This document shows, piece after piece, positions 16,596 to 32,353 of a stretch of 64,000 nt of DNA (the stretch's first letter is position 1; each line of letters opens with the position of its first letter). Source of the stretch: the human T2T-CHM13v2.0 reference genome, Homo sapiens; assembly GCA_009914755.4 (NCBI GenBank), contig CP086569.2, positions 4,704,001-4,768,000 on the forward strand, written 5' to 3'. The notes under the pieces are model-generated. The model made no database searches. It saw nothing but the letters and a program-made list of their open reading frames with translations, and was not told the origin of the DNA. The translations under genes were made by a program, and so were the position numbers.

Positions 16596-16855
16596 CTTTT
16601 TTTTTTTTCCTTTCTTTTTTTCATTTTTATTTTTATTTTTATTTTTTATTATTATACTTTAAGTTTTAGGGTACATGTGCACATTGTGCAGGTTAGTTAC
16701 ATACGTATACATGTGCCATGCTGGTGCGCTGCACCCACTAACTCGTCATCTACCATTAGGTATATCTCCCAATGCTATCCCTCACCCCTCCCCCCACCCC
16801 ACAACAGTCCCCAGAGTGTGATGTTCCCCTTCCTGTGTCCATGTGATCTCATTGT

Positions 16856-19998
<3,143 letters not shown>

Positions 19999-20388
19999 TC
20001 AGAGATAGTTTGTTATAATTTGTGTTCTTTTACATTTGCTGAGGAGAGCTTTACTTCCAAGTATGTGGTCAATTTTGGAATAGGTGTGGTGTGGTGCTGA
20101 AAAAAATGTATATTCTATTGATTTGGGGTGGAGAGTTCTGTAGATGTCTATTAGGTCCGCTTGGTGCAGAGCTGAGTTCAATTCCTTGGTATCCTTGTTG
20201 ACTTTCTGTCTAGTTGATCTGTCTAATGTTGACAGTGGGGTGTTAAAGTCTCCCATTATTAATGTGTGGGAGTCTAAGTCTCTTTGTAGGCCACTCAGGA
20301 CTTGCTTTATGAATCTGGGTGCTCCTGTATTGGGTGCATATATATTTAAGATAGTTAGCTCTTCTTGTTGAATTGATCCCTTTACCAT
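19999..20388 (-). pseudogene. L1 ORF2 endonuclease-domain fragment
   Basis: MVKGSIQQEELTILNIYAPNTGAPRFIKQVLSGLQRDLDSHTLIMGDFNTPLSTLDRSTRQKVNKDT...HTYSKIDHILGSKALLSKCKRTQIITNYL matches L1 ORF2p aa about 100-230. It is separated from the neighbouring fragments by stops or frameshifts. Confidence 0.85.
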
Positions 20389-20745
20389 TATGTAATGGCC
20401 TTCTTTGTCTCTTTTGATCTTTGTTGGTTTAAAGTCTGTTTTATCAGAGACTAGGATTGCAATCCCTGCCTTTTTTTGTTTTCCATTGGCTTGGTAGATT
20501 TTCCTCTATCCTTTTATTTTGAGCCTATGTGTGTCTCTGCACCTGAGATGGGCTTCCTGAATACAGCACACTGATAGGTCTTGACTCTTTATCCAATTTG
20601 CCAGTCTGTGTCTTTTAATTGGAGCATTTAGTCCATTTACATTTAAAGTTAATAGTATTATGTGTGAATTTGATCCTGTCATTATGATGTTAGCTGGTTA
20701 TTTTGCTTGTTAGTTGATGCAGTTTCTTTCTAGTCTCGATAGTCT

Positions 20746-21087
20746 TTACATTTTGGCATGATTTTGCAGTGGCTGGTACCGGTTGTTCCTTTCCATGTTT
20801 AGTGCTTCCTTCAGCAGCTCTTTTAGGGCAGGCCTGGTGGTGACAAAATCTCTCAGCATTTGCTTGTCTGTAAAGTATTTTATTTCTCCTTCACTTATGA
20901 AGCTTAGTTTGGCTGGATATGAAATTCTGGGTTGAAAATTCTTTCCTTTAAGAATGTTGAATATTGGCCCCCACTCTCTTCTGGCTTGTAGGGTTTCTGC
21001 CGCGAGATCTGCTGTTAGTCTGATGGGCTTCCCTATGAGGGTAACCCGACCTTTCTCTCTGGCTGCCCTTAACATTTTTTCCTTCAT
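20746..21087 (-). pseudogene. L1 ORF1p C-terminal fragment
   Basis: MKEKMLRAAREKGRVTLIGKPIRLTADLAAETLQARREWGPIFNILKGKNFQPRISYPAKLSFISEGEIKYFTDKQMLRDFVTTRPALKELLKEALNMERNNRYQPLQNHAKM matches the ORF1p C-terminus. Confidence 0.85.
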
Positions 21088-21432
21088 TTCAACTTTGATG
21101 AATCTGACAATTCTGTGTCTTGGAGTTGCTCTTCTCGAGGGGTATCTTTGTGGCGTTCTCTGTATTTCCTGAATTTGAATGTTGGCCTACCTTGCTATAT
21201 TGGGGAAGTTCTCCTGGATAATATCCTGCAGAGTGTTTTCCAACTTGGTTCCATTCTCCCCATCACTTTCAGGTACATCAATCAGACGTAGATTTGGTCT
21301 TTTCACATAGTCCCATATTTCTTGGAGGCTTTGCTCGTTTCTTTTTATTCTTTTTTCTCTAAACTTCCCTTCTCACTTCATTTCATTCATTTCATCTTCC
21401 ATCGCTGATACCCTTTCTTCCAGTTGATCGCA

Positions 21433-21762
21433 TCAGCTCCTGAGGCTTCTGCGTTCTTCACGTAGTTCTCGAGCCTTGGTTTTCAGCTCCGTCAGCTCCT
21501 TTAAGCACTTCTCTGTATTGGTTATTCTAGTTATACATTCTTCTGAATTTTTTTCAAAGTTTTCAACTTCTTTGCCTTTGGTTTGAATGTCCTCCCGTAG
21601 CTCAGAGTAATTTGATCGTCTGAAGCCTTCTTCTCTCAGCTCGTCAAAGTCATTCTCTGTCCAGCTTTGTTCCGTTGCTGGTGAAGAGCTGTGTTCTTTT
21701 GGAGGAGGAGAGGTGCTCTGCTTTTTAGAATTTCCAGTTTTTCTGTTCTGTTTTTTCCCCAT
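21433..21762 (-). pseudogene. L1 ORF1p N-terminal fragment. The ORF1 middle segment is disrupted.
   Basis: MGKKQNRKTGNSKKQSTSPPPKEHSSSPATEQSWTENDFDELREEGFRRSNYSELREDIQTKGKEVENFEKN... matches the ORF1p N-terminus. The ORF is broken between 21087 and 21433. Confidence 0.85.
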
Positions 21763-22670
21763 CTTTGTGGTTTTATCTACTTTTGGTCTTTGATGATGGT
21801 GATGTACAGATGGGTTTTTGGTGTGGATGTCCTTTCTGTTTGTTAGTTTTCCTCCTAACAGACAGGACCCTCAGCTGCAGATCTGTTGGAGTACCCTGCA
21901 GTGTGAGGTGTCAGTGTGCCCCTGCTGGGGGGTGCCTCCCAGTTAGGCTGCTCGGGGGTCAGGGGTCAGGGACCCACTTGAGGAGGCAGTCTGCGTGTTC
22001 TCAGATCTCCAGCTGCATACTGGGAGAACCACTGCTCTCTTCAAAGCTGTCAGACAGGGACATTTAAGTCTGCAGAGGTTACTGCTTTCTTTTTGTTTGT
22101 CTGTGCCCTGCCCCCAGAGGTGGAGCCTACAGAGGCAGGCAGGCCTCCTTGAGCTGTGGTGGGCTCCACCCAGTTGGAGCTTCCGGGCTGCTTTGTTTAC
22201 CTAAGGAAGCCTGGGCAATGGCGGGCGCCCCTCCCCCAGCCTCGCTGCCGCCTTGCAGTTTGATCTCAGACTGCTGTGCTAGCAATCAGCGAGACTCCGT
22301 GGGCGTAGGACCCTCCGAGCCAGGTGTGGGATATAATCTCGTGGTGCGCCGTTTTTTAAGCCCGTCGGAAAAGCGCAGTATTCAGGTGGGATTGACCCGA
22401 TTTTCCAGGTGCCATCCGTCACCCCTTTCTTTGATTAGGAAAGGGAACTCCCTGACCCCTTGCGCTTTCCGAGTGAGGCAGTGCCTCGCCCTGCTTCGCC
22501 TCGCGCACGGTGCGCGCACCCATTGACCTGCGCCCACTGTGTGGCACTCCCTAGTGAGATGAACCCAGTACCTCAGATGGAAATGCAGAAATCATCTGTC
22601 TTCTGCGTCGCTCACGCTGGGAGCTGTAGACCGGAGCTGTTCCTATTCGGCCATCTTGGCTCCTCCCTCC
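21763..22670 (-). promoter_or_regulatory. L1 5'UTR, carrying the sense internal promoter and the antisense promoter region
   Basis: A GC- and CpG-rich 0.9-kb segment upstream of the ORF1 ATG. It is homologous to the L1PA 5'UTR and contains the canonical 5' terminus. Confidence 0.8.
22218..22526 (+). other. Candidate L1 antisense ORF0 (MAGAPPPASLPPCSLISDCCASNQRDSVGVGPSEPGVGYNLVVRRF...). It lies within the longer track ORF 22149..22526.
   Basis: This + strand ORF is antisense to the L1 and maps to L1 5'UTR nucleotides about 452 to about 145. That is the location of the primate-specific ORF0 as I recall it. The peptide start MAGAPPPASL... matches my memory of ORF0. Here the ORF runs on beyond the usual ~70 aa. 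Confidence 0.45.
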
Positions 22671-22679
22671 AGCAAGCAT
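22667..22679. repeat. Target-site duplication (right copy) of the full-length L1
   Basis: ctccagcaagcat follows ccatcttggctcctcc (the L1 5' terminus, reverse-complemented). The first four bases may overlap the L1 5' G-run. Confidence 0.75.
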
Positions 22680-23397
22680 TTCTTAAGCACTTACTGTGTA
22701 TTTGGTACAGTGCCCATGAACTGCTAAGTTAAATATAATGTCTTAAAATTGTTGGTATATATTTGGAATGATTCATTTGCTTTGAGTTGAGATTCATAAT
22801 ATAAAATATTATGGATCTATACAGTTGTTTACATTTAAAACTGATATTTATAGAGAATAAATTTTATATCTAAATTGTTATTTTTGAAGAGCTCAATCTT
22901 TGTGTATTACGTAGGGAGTTGTCTTGAGAAACGTCTAATTTTTACCGCTCATCTTTTTGCACTTTCAAATATACTAATACTTTTGAAGCAGGACCCAACA
23001 GGCCTTCTCTAAAATTAAATTTTCTCACATGTAGCAAGGTTATTTTGAATGCCCAAATTGAAGTTTAAATGGTTAATATTACATTTATATTTGGAGTTAA
23101 AATGTATTAAGACACAGTTGAAATAGTAACTCATTGTAAGTATAAAGAATATTGCTAAATAGAGAAAACATTTTCTTATGTATTTACCTAGATGAAAGAG
23201 AAAGGAAAAATTATACAAACACTAACATTTATACCTTATCTTTGTATGAACATCTTGTAAATACATTTGAATTTTCTCTTATAGATGCTATTCCTTCCTG
23301 AAAACCAGGCTGAACCCAGTACATGCTTTTATAGTGAAACTAAAGAACACACAAGAAGTAGGGTTTATTTTAACTTATAAATGCAAATTCCATTTTA

Positions 23398-25052
23398 CTT
23401 ATTTTTTAATGGGAAAAATATTTACTTTATTTCTTTAACTTTTATTTTAGGTTCAGGTATGCATGTGCGGGTTTGTTATATAGGTAAACTCATGCCACAG
23501 GAGTTTGCTATACAAATTATTTCATCACCCAGGTACTAAGACTAGTATGCAATTTTTTTTTTCTGCTCTTCTCCCTCCTCCCACGCTCCATGCTCAATTA
23601 GTCCCTAGAGTCTGTTGTTCCTTTTTTTGTGTCTATCAGTTCTCATCATTTACATCCCACTTAAAAATGAGAACATTCAATATTTGGTTTTCTGTTCCTG
23701 CATTAGTTTGCTGAGGATAATGGCCTCCAGTTCCATCCATGGTCTTGCAAAGGACATGATCTCCTTAGTTTTTATTGCTGCATAGTATTCCATGATGTAT
23801 ATGTACCACATTTTCTTTATTCAGTCTGTTATTGATGGACATTTAGGTTGATTCTATGTATTTACTATTGTGAATAGTGCTGCAGTGAACATTTGTGTGC
23901 ATGTGTCTTTATGGTAAAATGATTTATGTTCCTCTGGGTAGTTACCCAGTAATGGGATTACTGGTCAAATGGTAGTTCTAGTTTTACCTCTTTGAGGAAT
24001 CACTATGCTGCTTCCCACTATAGTTGAACTAATTTACACTCCCACCAACATTGTAAAAGTATTCTCTTTTCTCTGCAACCTCGCCAGCATATGTTATTTT
24101 TGACTTGTTAATAGTAGCCATTCTGACTAGTGTGAGATGATATCTCATTGAGATTTTGATTTGCATTTCTCTAATGATCAGTGATATTGAGCTTTTTTTC
24201 ATATGCTTGCTGGCCACATGTTACTGTCTTCTTTTGAAAAGTGTCTCCTCATGTCCTTTGCCTACTTGTTCATGGGGTTGTTTTTTTCTTGTAAACTTAA
24301 GTTCCTTATAAATGCTGGATATTAGACCTTTGTCAGATGCATAGTTAGCAAATATTTTCTCCCATTCTGTAGACCGTCTGTTTACTCTATTGATGGTTTC
24401 TTTTGCTCTGCAGAAGCTCTTAAATTTAATTAGATCCCATTTGTCAATTTTGCTTTTGTTGTGATTGTTTTTGGCATGTTCATCATGAAATCTTTGCCAC
24501 TTCCTTTGTCCAGGATGGAATTCCCTAGGTTGTCTTCCAAGGTTTTATAGTTTTGGGTTTTATGGATATTTAATTCATTTTGAGTTGACTTTTGTACATG
24601 GTGTAAGAAAGGGGTCCAGTTTCAATTGTCTGCACATGGCTACCCAGATGTCCCAGCCCGATTTGTTGTGTAAGGAGTCTTTTCCCTACTGCTTGTTTTC
24701 TTCAGCTTTGTGGATGATCACGTGGTTATAGGTGTGTGGCCTTTTATCTGGGCTCTCTATTCTGTTCTATTCGTCTATGTGTCTGTTTCTGCACCAGTAC
24801 CGTTACTGTAGCCCTGTAGTATAGTTTGAAGTCAGGTAATGTGATGCCTCATGTTTCGTTCTTTTTGCTTAGGATTGCCTTGACTATTTGGGGTCTTTTT
24901 TTGTTCCATATGAATTTTAACATAGTTTTTTTCTACTTCTGTGAAGAGTGTCATTGGTAGTTTCATATGAATAACAATCTGTAAATTGTTTTGGGTGGTA
25001 TCCCATTTTAATGATATTTATTCTTTCTATCCATGAAATAGTGTTTGATTAT
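23398..25052 (-). mobile_element. 5'-truncated L1 (older L1PA/L1PB-like 3'UTR plus ORF2 3' part, about 1.65 kb)
   Basis: The reverse complement of an L1 3' end (ttttaggttcaggtatgcatgtgcgggtttgttatataggtaaactcatgcc...) is followed by reverse-complemented ORF2 sequence. The minus-strand ORF 24029..24217 ([36 protein letters not shown]) is an ORF2p C-terminal relic. It is flanked by a 25-bp TSD: acttataaatgcaaattccatttta (23373-23397) and acttattaatgcaaattccatttta (25053-25077), with one mismatch. Confidence 0.85.
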
Positions 25053-25078
25053 ACTTATTAATGCAAATTCCATTTTAA

Positions 25079-25346
<268 letters not shown>

Positions 25347-26154
25347 AAAAGGCAGAATTCTTTATCATTTTTTCTACTCTAAGTGTATCACAACTGAAGA
25401 TTCGAAATATGGCTTGTGTGTGTCACATTTATGGTTCAGTTGTTTTTCTATTCATTTATTAATTAATGTTGTCATTTTTAATTGGTTATCCATTTTTTTG
25501 GTTTTGAGGTGACACAAAACAAAAATCACAGAAATAATATTAAAATATGTGTAAAAAACTGAGAACTAAAAGGATAAGGAATATTGTTGAACCTTTAGGC
25601 TGAGGCATCTGTTATTAGGCAGTTGATAAACCAAGTCTTAAGATTGGTTTTAAAAGGTTGCTATGTCATTTTTCCTTAGCGTTCTAAGATGTGTAGTTAC
25701 TGATTATGGATTGTGCAACTCCAAAGTCATCTTAATAGGAAGAGCTTCATTGTCTCACGGGGTGAATGAATGCAACTATTAAAGTCATTTCTCTGTTCCT
25801 TGGAACAATAAGTTGATGGATATAATTCATTTTCTGACAACTAATATCTTACCTTGATTTGTTTTACAGACCATCAACTTGGATCTTGTTTTTAGCCATC
25901 ACTTCCAAGATTCTGGTGCTATATCTCATTTGCTTTCAACTGTTGATTTTACTGCATTGTAATTTGATAATTTAGACCCCAACACAAAAAATAAATTAAG
26001 TCATGCTAGAATATGCACCATACGTATATAGGGGAGTAATCTGATAAAATGCTTTGTGCAGATATTGCAATTAGTACTGAAGTTTGGGGAGGTGTGCAAT
26101 CAATAGTAAAATATTAATTGGTCTTTGTACATAGATAATTTAAACACTAATATG

Positions 26155-26340
26155 ATAGATATATTACTACCTGTTTTCCTGTACTGTTTTATTAATTCAT
26201 GGAATAGTGACTAATAGAAGTATTATTTAGCCTTATATATAAAACTCATAGATATAATACTGTTTTGTGTACTGTTTTATTAATTCATGGAATAGTGACT
26301 AATAGAAGTACTACTTATCCTTATATATAAAACTCAAAAT
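26155..26340. repeat. Tandem duplication: two copies of an about 92-bp unit
   Basis: The unit (ta)gatata(t/a)tac...tgttttattaattcatggaatagtgactaatagaagta(t/c)ta(t/c)tta(g/t)ccttatatataaaactca appears twice back to back, at about 26155-26247 and 26249-26337. The copies differ by about 6 substitutions or indels. Confidence 0.85.
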
Positions 26341-26384
26341 AGCCTTTTCAGCAAATACCCAGTGAAGACACAAATATATATATT

Positions 26385-26418
26385 ACACACACACACACAC
26401 ACAATTATATATATATAT
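26385..26418. repeat. (AC)n(AT)n microsatellite
   Basis: acacacacacacacacacaattatatatatatat. Confidence 0.9.
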
Positions 26419-29014
26419 GAAGAAACCACATTTGTTAACAAATGACTAAAATTGTCATGCCTGAACCCTCCATTATTGAACATCACCTCTCCATACCCCT
26501 TGATCTCTTTAATTTTGTGATGCTATACCACCTCCATAATTTCACCCATGAATAATAGATTCCAAGCCCATCACTTTCTGTTTCTTTCTCTTTTCTTTTG
26601 CAAACACTTTTCCTTTACACGAGGGACCTTTGGTTACCTTCTTAAAATGTGATTATCTAGAAAATTTACAGAATGTGAAATTAATGCCTATTTGATAAAA
26701 AATATTTAATATATAAAGCAATGCCTACAGATATGTATATATATCACATAGTTGTTATACAGATTAAATGAAATAACTGATTTAAAATCACATAGAGCAA
26801 TTCAAATACTACACCAAGTGGAAATTATCCTTTTTGATGAATTTAGGACTTATTTATTATGATAATCTGGTACTTGTTGACAAAGTACAGTAAAATAATT
26901 ATTAGATACTGAAACAAGCAATATTACATTCACCCTGAGGCAATAGAAGAATGTGTGATGATAGACAAACGTTATATTTTTGCCATGAAGAATGTGTCTC
27001 TTGCTTGATTATTCTGTAAAGCCATGTTTCAAATGTTCCCTAAATCATATATCAAAAATCCAGAAAAATTAATATAGAAGAGAAACCTTTAGAATTTGTC
27101 TTATTAAGTGCTATTTGAGCTTGATTATTATCAGATTTTGAAACCCTGTTAGAGAACACCACACTAACTGTTGTTGGAATGATAGAATGAATCAGCAAAC
27201 AATAAATAATTTGGAGAAGGAAGCAGCATTGATGGAATCCACTTCTCAGAGAAGTTTAGACCCAAATGTGAAAAATTAGACATGTACAATAAGTACAGTA
27301 AGCAAGCTGTTTGTGGAATAAAATTTAACAAACCAGTTATATAATTACTGTGCCTTATTAAATTTTTTATTTTGACATCTCAAGTTTCAGAATACACAGG
27401 AAATAATTACATAAAATTGGACAGCCAATGCCCTTGCCCGCCTCTGCTTGCTGTGGTCAGTTCCTCTGAAAATACTAGGTTTATCGGTTGCTCCAATTTG
27501 TCTTTCTCCCAGTGTGGTTACTTTTATTGCAATGTTCTAGATTCCTGTCAACCTCAAGAACTACCTTATTGTTTACCCAGGCTGTGAAAGAAGCTTTGCT
27601 TGTATTTGAGACCAAGAACACAACAGTAGTGACCACCTAACATATTATGGCTGTTAAATGGTGTATTTTTGACTTAATGAAACATTGAAATAATTGGAAT
27701 GATGAGATTTAAGTGGAGTTAGGATAATGGGCAGCAGATAGATATTTCTTATCTTCATGTAATACTTAAATTTGTACTATTGTAGAAATTGTACAAAAAT
27801 TGTAGCATATAAACCATTCACTCATGTGTTTGTTGTTGTAGCATATGATCCAGTAATTCACATAGAATTCATTTAAATATATTACAAATGAAACCAGCAC
27901 TATAATGCAGAAAAAATTTAAAAAATATCAAGGAAATTATGCCTTGAAATTCTTCTGACAAAGCATTTGAACATTAATTGTGTGGTTTGAAATTTCTAGA
28001 ATTGCGTATAGTAGATGCCTAGCTCCCTTACCTACTCAGAGATGATAAAATGAACTTCCATTTTTGCTTTATATATCTTTAAATTTTCAGAGATGCTTAT
28101 TTTATTTCTGCTTTTGCTTTCTCTAATTGTCATTATTGTGTCCCTCTAAATACAACTATTGCTTACCCAACCGTGATGTCTTGCTGATAAAGGGCATCAC
28201 TTAAATAGCATGGGCACTACTGGAACTTGTCAAAAATTTTAGTTCTTTATATCTTCTTTTGTGTTGTTTCCTTTATCAATTTCCAAACTAACATTAATCT
28301 ATAGTAGGAGTGGGTTGTAGGAGAAGGGCAAAGAAATTTAAGGTTACCTTGTCACATTTTTCATGAGACAGAAAAATTAGAATGTAATTTACATACATTA
28401 AGATACGTATGTAGGCATATTTTCCCTGGATATCTGAGTTAAATGTGCCATGCTTCCATAAGACTAAGCAGTGATTATTTATATCCATATTTAGTAGCTA
28501 AATTTCTGTACTGTTCATTCAAAGAATTAAACTCAGCATTTTCAAAGAAAACTTAATAAATTTTAAAGATAATAAATTTTCAAGTGGCAAATGTGAGAGT
28601 TGAAATCAAAATCTGGAGATTGAGGTTACTTAAACATGCATGTTCACATCCTGGTAGAAGCAGAGATGAGTTCATTATACAGTAATTGAACACTGAATTA
28701 AAGACATACTAGAATATATTATCAAATATAAACTCTGTTTTGTTCACTGATGTACCTTCAGTGTCTAGAACTGTGCTTGACATATAAAAATTGCTTAATA
28801 AGTATTTGTTGAATAAGTGGCTAAACCTCCATGAGTTCATTTCATCTCAAACTCTTTATTAACTAGAGGGTGAATATTCCTTCTAGGTTGGCAACATATA
28901 TATTCACTTAAGCTTTAGAAATGGTATTTTTTCTCAATATTTCTTCCCTGTTTTTAAAACCACTGAATGAATTTCCGGTTATGAAACACATTTTAAAATG
29001 TTTTATATGATGAT

Positions 29015-29620
29015 GGTATTGTGGAAGACAGTGTGGCAATTCCTCAAGGATCTAGAACTAGAAATACCATTTGACCCAGCCATCCCATTACTGGGTATAT
29101 ACCCAAAGGATTATAAATCATGCTGCTATAAAGACACACGCACATGTATGTTTATTGTGGCACTATTCACAATAGCAAAGACTTGGAACCAACCCAAATG
29201 TCCATCAATGATAGACTGGATTAAGAAAATGTGGCACATATACACTGTGGAATACTATGCAGCCATAAAAAAGGATGAGTTCATGTCCTTTTTAAGGACA
29301 AGGATGAAGCTGGAAACCATCATTCTCAGCAAACTATTGCAAGGACAGAAAACCAAACACCACATGTTCTCACTCATAGGTGGGAATTGAACAATGAGAA
29401 CACTTGGACACAGGGTGGGGAACATCACACATCGGGGCCTGTTGTGGGGTGGGAGGAGGGGGGAAGGGTAGCATTAGGAGATATACCTAATGTTAAATGA
29501 CGAGTTAATGGGTGCAGCACACCAACATGGCACATGTATACATATGTAACAAACCTGCATGTTGTGCACATGTACCCTAGAACTTAAAGTATAATTAAAA
29601 AAATTAAAAATAAAGATAGA
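29015..29620 (+). mobile_element. 5'-truncated L1PA-like 3' end (ORF2 C-terminal about 130 codons plus 3'UTR plus A-rich tail)
   Basis: The track ORF 28998..29390, ...[122 protein letters not shown], is the ORF2p C-terminus. It is followed by the L1 3'UTR (gggaagggtagcattaggagatatacctaatgttaaatgacgagttaatgggtgcagcacaccaacatggcacatgtatacatatgtaacaaacctgc...cctagaacttaaagtataattaaaaaaa). Confidence 0.9.
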
Positions 29621-29798
29621 GTAGAACAGATTTAGAATGGATTGAGGGAGGGTGACTTCTTGGAACTAGATCACTCTATTAATTATTTATGTTGTGTAGA
29701 GATATTGCGACATGCATGCAATGCTTTTATTTCTTTATTTTGCTTTATTTTGTTTTTCATTTTGGGCGGTTATCCCAGGAATTCAAGGTGGTTTTATC

Positions 29799-30055
29799 TT
29801 TTTTTTTTTTTTAATTTAACTTTTATTCTGAGTTCAGGGGTACAAGTGTAGGTTTATGTAAGTAAACCTGTGTCATGGGGGTTTGTTGTACAGATTATTT
29901 CGTCACCCAGGTATTAAGCCTAGTACCCATTAATTTTTCCTGATCCTCTCCCTCCTCCCATCTTCCAACCTCCAATAGGCCCCAGTGTGTGTTGTTCCCC
30001 TGTATATGTCCATGAGTTCTCATCATTTAGCTCCCACTTATAAGTCAGAATATCC
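29799..30055 (-). mobile_element. L1 3'-end fragment (older L1PA/L1PB-like), about 250 bp
   Basis: Poly-T then ttaacttttattctgagttcaggggtacaagtgtaggtttatgtaagtaaacctgtgtcatgggggtttgttgtacagattatttcgtcacccaggtattaagcctagtacccatta..., the reverse complement of an L1 3'UTR. Confidence 0.8.
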
Positions 30056-32353
30056 TGCAATGTTTTTAAAAACAGTCTGTAGTATTCTTCTGCCAGTTGT
30101 AATAATGTGTAATACCTAAGGGTAAGATAAGAATAGAGCGATAATTTTAATTCCAATTGTCACTGCCCCATTTTTATTTCTGCTTATGTTTGCATGACAT
30201 TTATAAAATCACATAAGCATCCAAAACGTCTTAGATATGCTAGATTCACAGCATATAGAACACATATATGTGTGCATATTAGCTGGTAGTATCAATGGGG
30301 TATTTTTAATCTCACCTTCATAACAGAGTATAAAACCAAAAATTCACAAGACTGAATTTTGAGCGAGTTTTTATATTATGTAATCCCAATGCACATCATT
30401 GTACAAATGATGCTAAAAATACTATACCACAGGCAACAGTGTTTTTATGTTGTTTACTAGGATAAATAATGTCTTCACCTCTAGCATTACTCACTATCAT
30501 AACTAACATATTTTATATATGATACCAACTGCTTAACATAGGAAAGTCATTGAATTCATAATATATATTTTTAAAATGTTGTGATAAAAATTAATGAGAT
30601 ATTTTAAGTCTACTGCTGACCTAAACTATCTTGATTGTTGCAACAGATGCATTTATTTGATTATTGATTGTAAATAGAAAGATTTCTTTTTTTCCAATTT
30701 TGTGTATTCCAACATTGGCATATGCATATTTTAAAAAATGCAGATGTGCAGCTATGCAATGGGACAGTTATTTCATATAACACATTGCTTGGCATAACCA
30801 GAGCACAATATCCATAACAAGTTATTTATATCATATGTAGTCCTCCTGTTTTTAGAACAATTACTAAAACTTGTTGATGTTATCGATTACCAATAAATAT
30901 TGAGAAATTCCTTAATTGGTTACCTATATGCATTAATACATTTCTGGAATGGAATTTTAAATAACCACCTGAACACTGAGTTTTCAAAACTGCTAAATAC
31001 CTTAATAGTTGCATTAACCTTCATTTAATTATAAAAGTATGACATCTGATAGGCTTTAGCTCAGTGTGATACAAATTTAATTTTGTTTATATAATATATC
31101 ATCTACAAGTACTATCCAGAAGAAGCACATTAGAATGTTTAATTATACTAGAGATTAAAAGATATTTAATATATAAACTTGAGAATAAATAAAATAGAGA
31201 ATAAGAATTGAGAATTATGAAAGGAAACTGAAGGTAAAATTTGCAGATTTTAAGAAAATCAAAATCCCTCATTGAATTTTGTCAGAAGAGTTCAAGAACT
31301 GAAATAATTTTAAAGCTTTCAGTGAGTGAAAAATAATAGGGAGAAGTAGCAAGAGAGATTGATTTTTGACTCACTTTCAACTCGGTACTGTTTTTAAATG
31401 CCTTTCTTATTTTCAAGCCCTTCTCAAGCTGTTCCTTGAAGTTGTATAATTCCTGTTAGTCTATAGATGTGAAAACCCATTTTTATATGAACTACCTTCT
31501 GCGTTCTATAAACATAAATTCTCAGGGTTGGGATGTCTTCTAGTCTAACTCTCCCATTGAATGTTTGGACGTCATCTACCAAATCCGTGTATCTAAAGCA
31601 AATATAGTAGATCTAATCTGGTGGTCCAGTACCTCCAAAGATATGGAATACACTCCTGAAATATCCTGAAACCTTTTTTTTTTCAGAATCCTTTAATAAG
31701 CAGTTATGTCAATCTGAAAGTTGCTTACTTGTACTTTATATTAATAGCTATTCTTGTTTTTCTTATCCAAAGAAAAATCCTCTAATCCCCTTTTCACATG
31801 ATAGTTGTTACCATGTTTAGGCGTTAGTCACATCAACCCCTCTCCTCTCCCAAACTTCTCTTCTTCAAATCAAACTTTATTAGTCCCTCCTTTATAATGA
31901 TTCCTTGCCTCCTTTTATCCAGATCAATTTTTTTTCACTTTGATGCCCAGAGCTGAAGAAATGGACTATTGTATAAATTATTCATTGCCAAGAGAATAAT
32001 TGCATTTTAAACCCATGTTATAACAAAGAATAATGATTATATTTTGTGATTTGTAACAAATACCCTTTATTTTCCCTTAACTATTGAATTAAATATTTTA
32101 ATTATTTGTATTCTCTTTAACTATCTTGGTATATTAAAGTATTATCTTTTATATATTTATCAATGGTGGACACTTTTATAGGTACTCTGTGTCATTTTTG
32201 ATACTGTAGGTATCTTATTTCATTTATCTTTATTCTTAATGTACGAATTCATAATATTTGATTCAGAACAGATTTATCACTAATTAACAGAGTGTCAATT
32301 ATGCTAACATCTCATTTACTGATTTTAATTTAAAACAGTTTTTGTTAACATGC

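Noticed and set aside
21765-22732. Several GC-rich + strand ORFs (21765-22067, 21995-22204, 22460-22732) in the L1 5'UTR
   Set aside because: Open frames are expected by chance in a 60% GC L1 5'UTR read antisense. Only the 22218-22526 frame corresponds to the known ORF0 position, and it is reported separately as a candidate.
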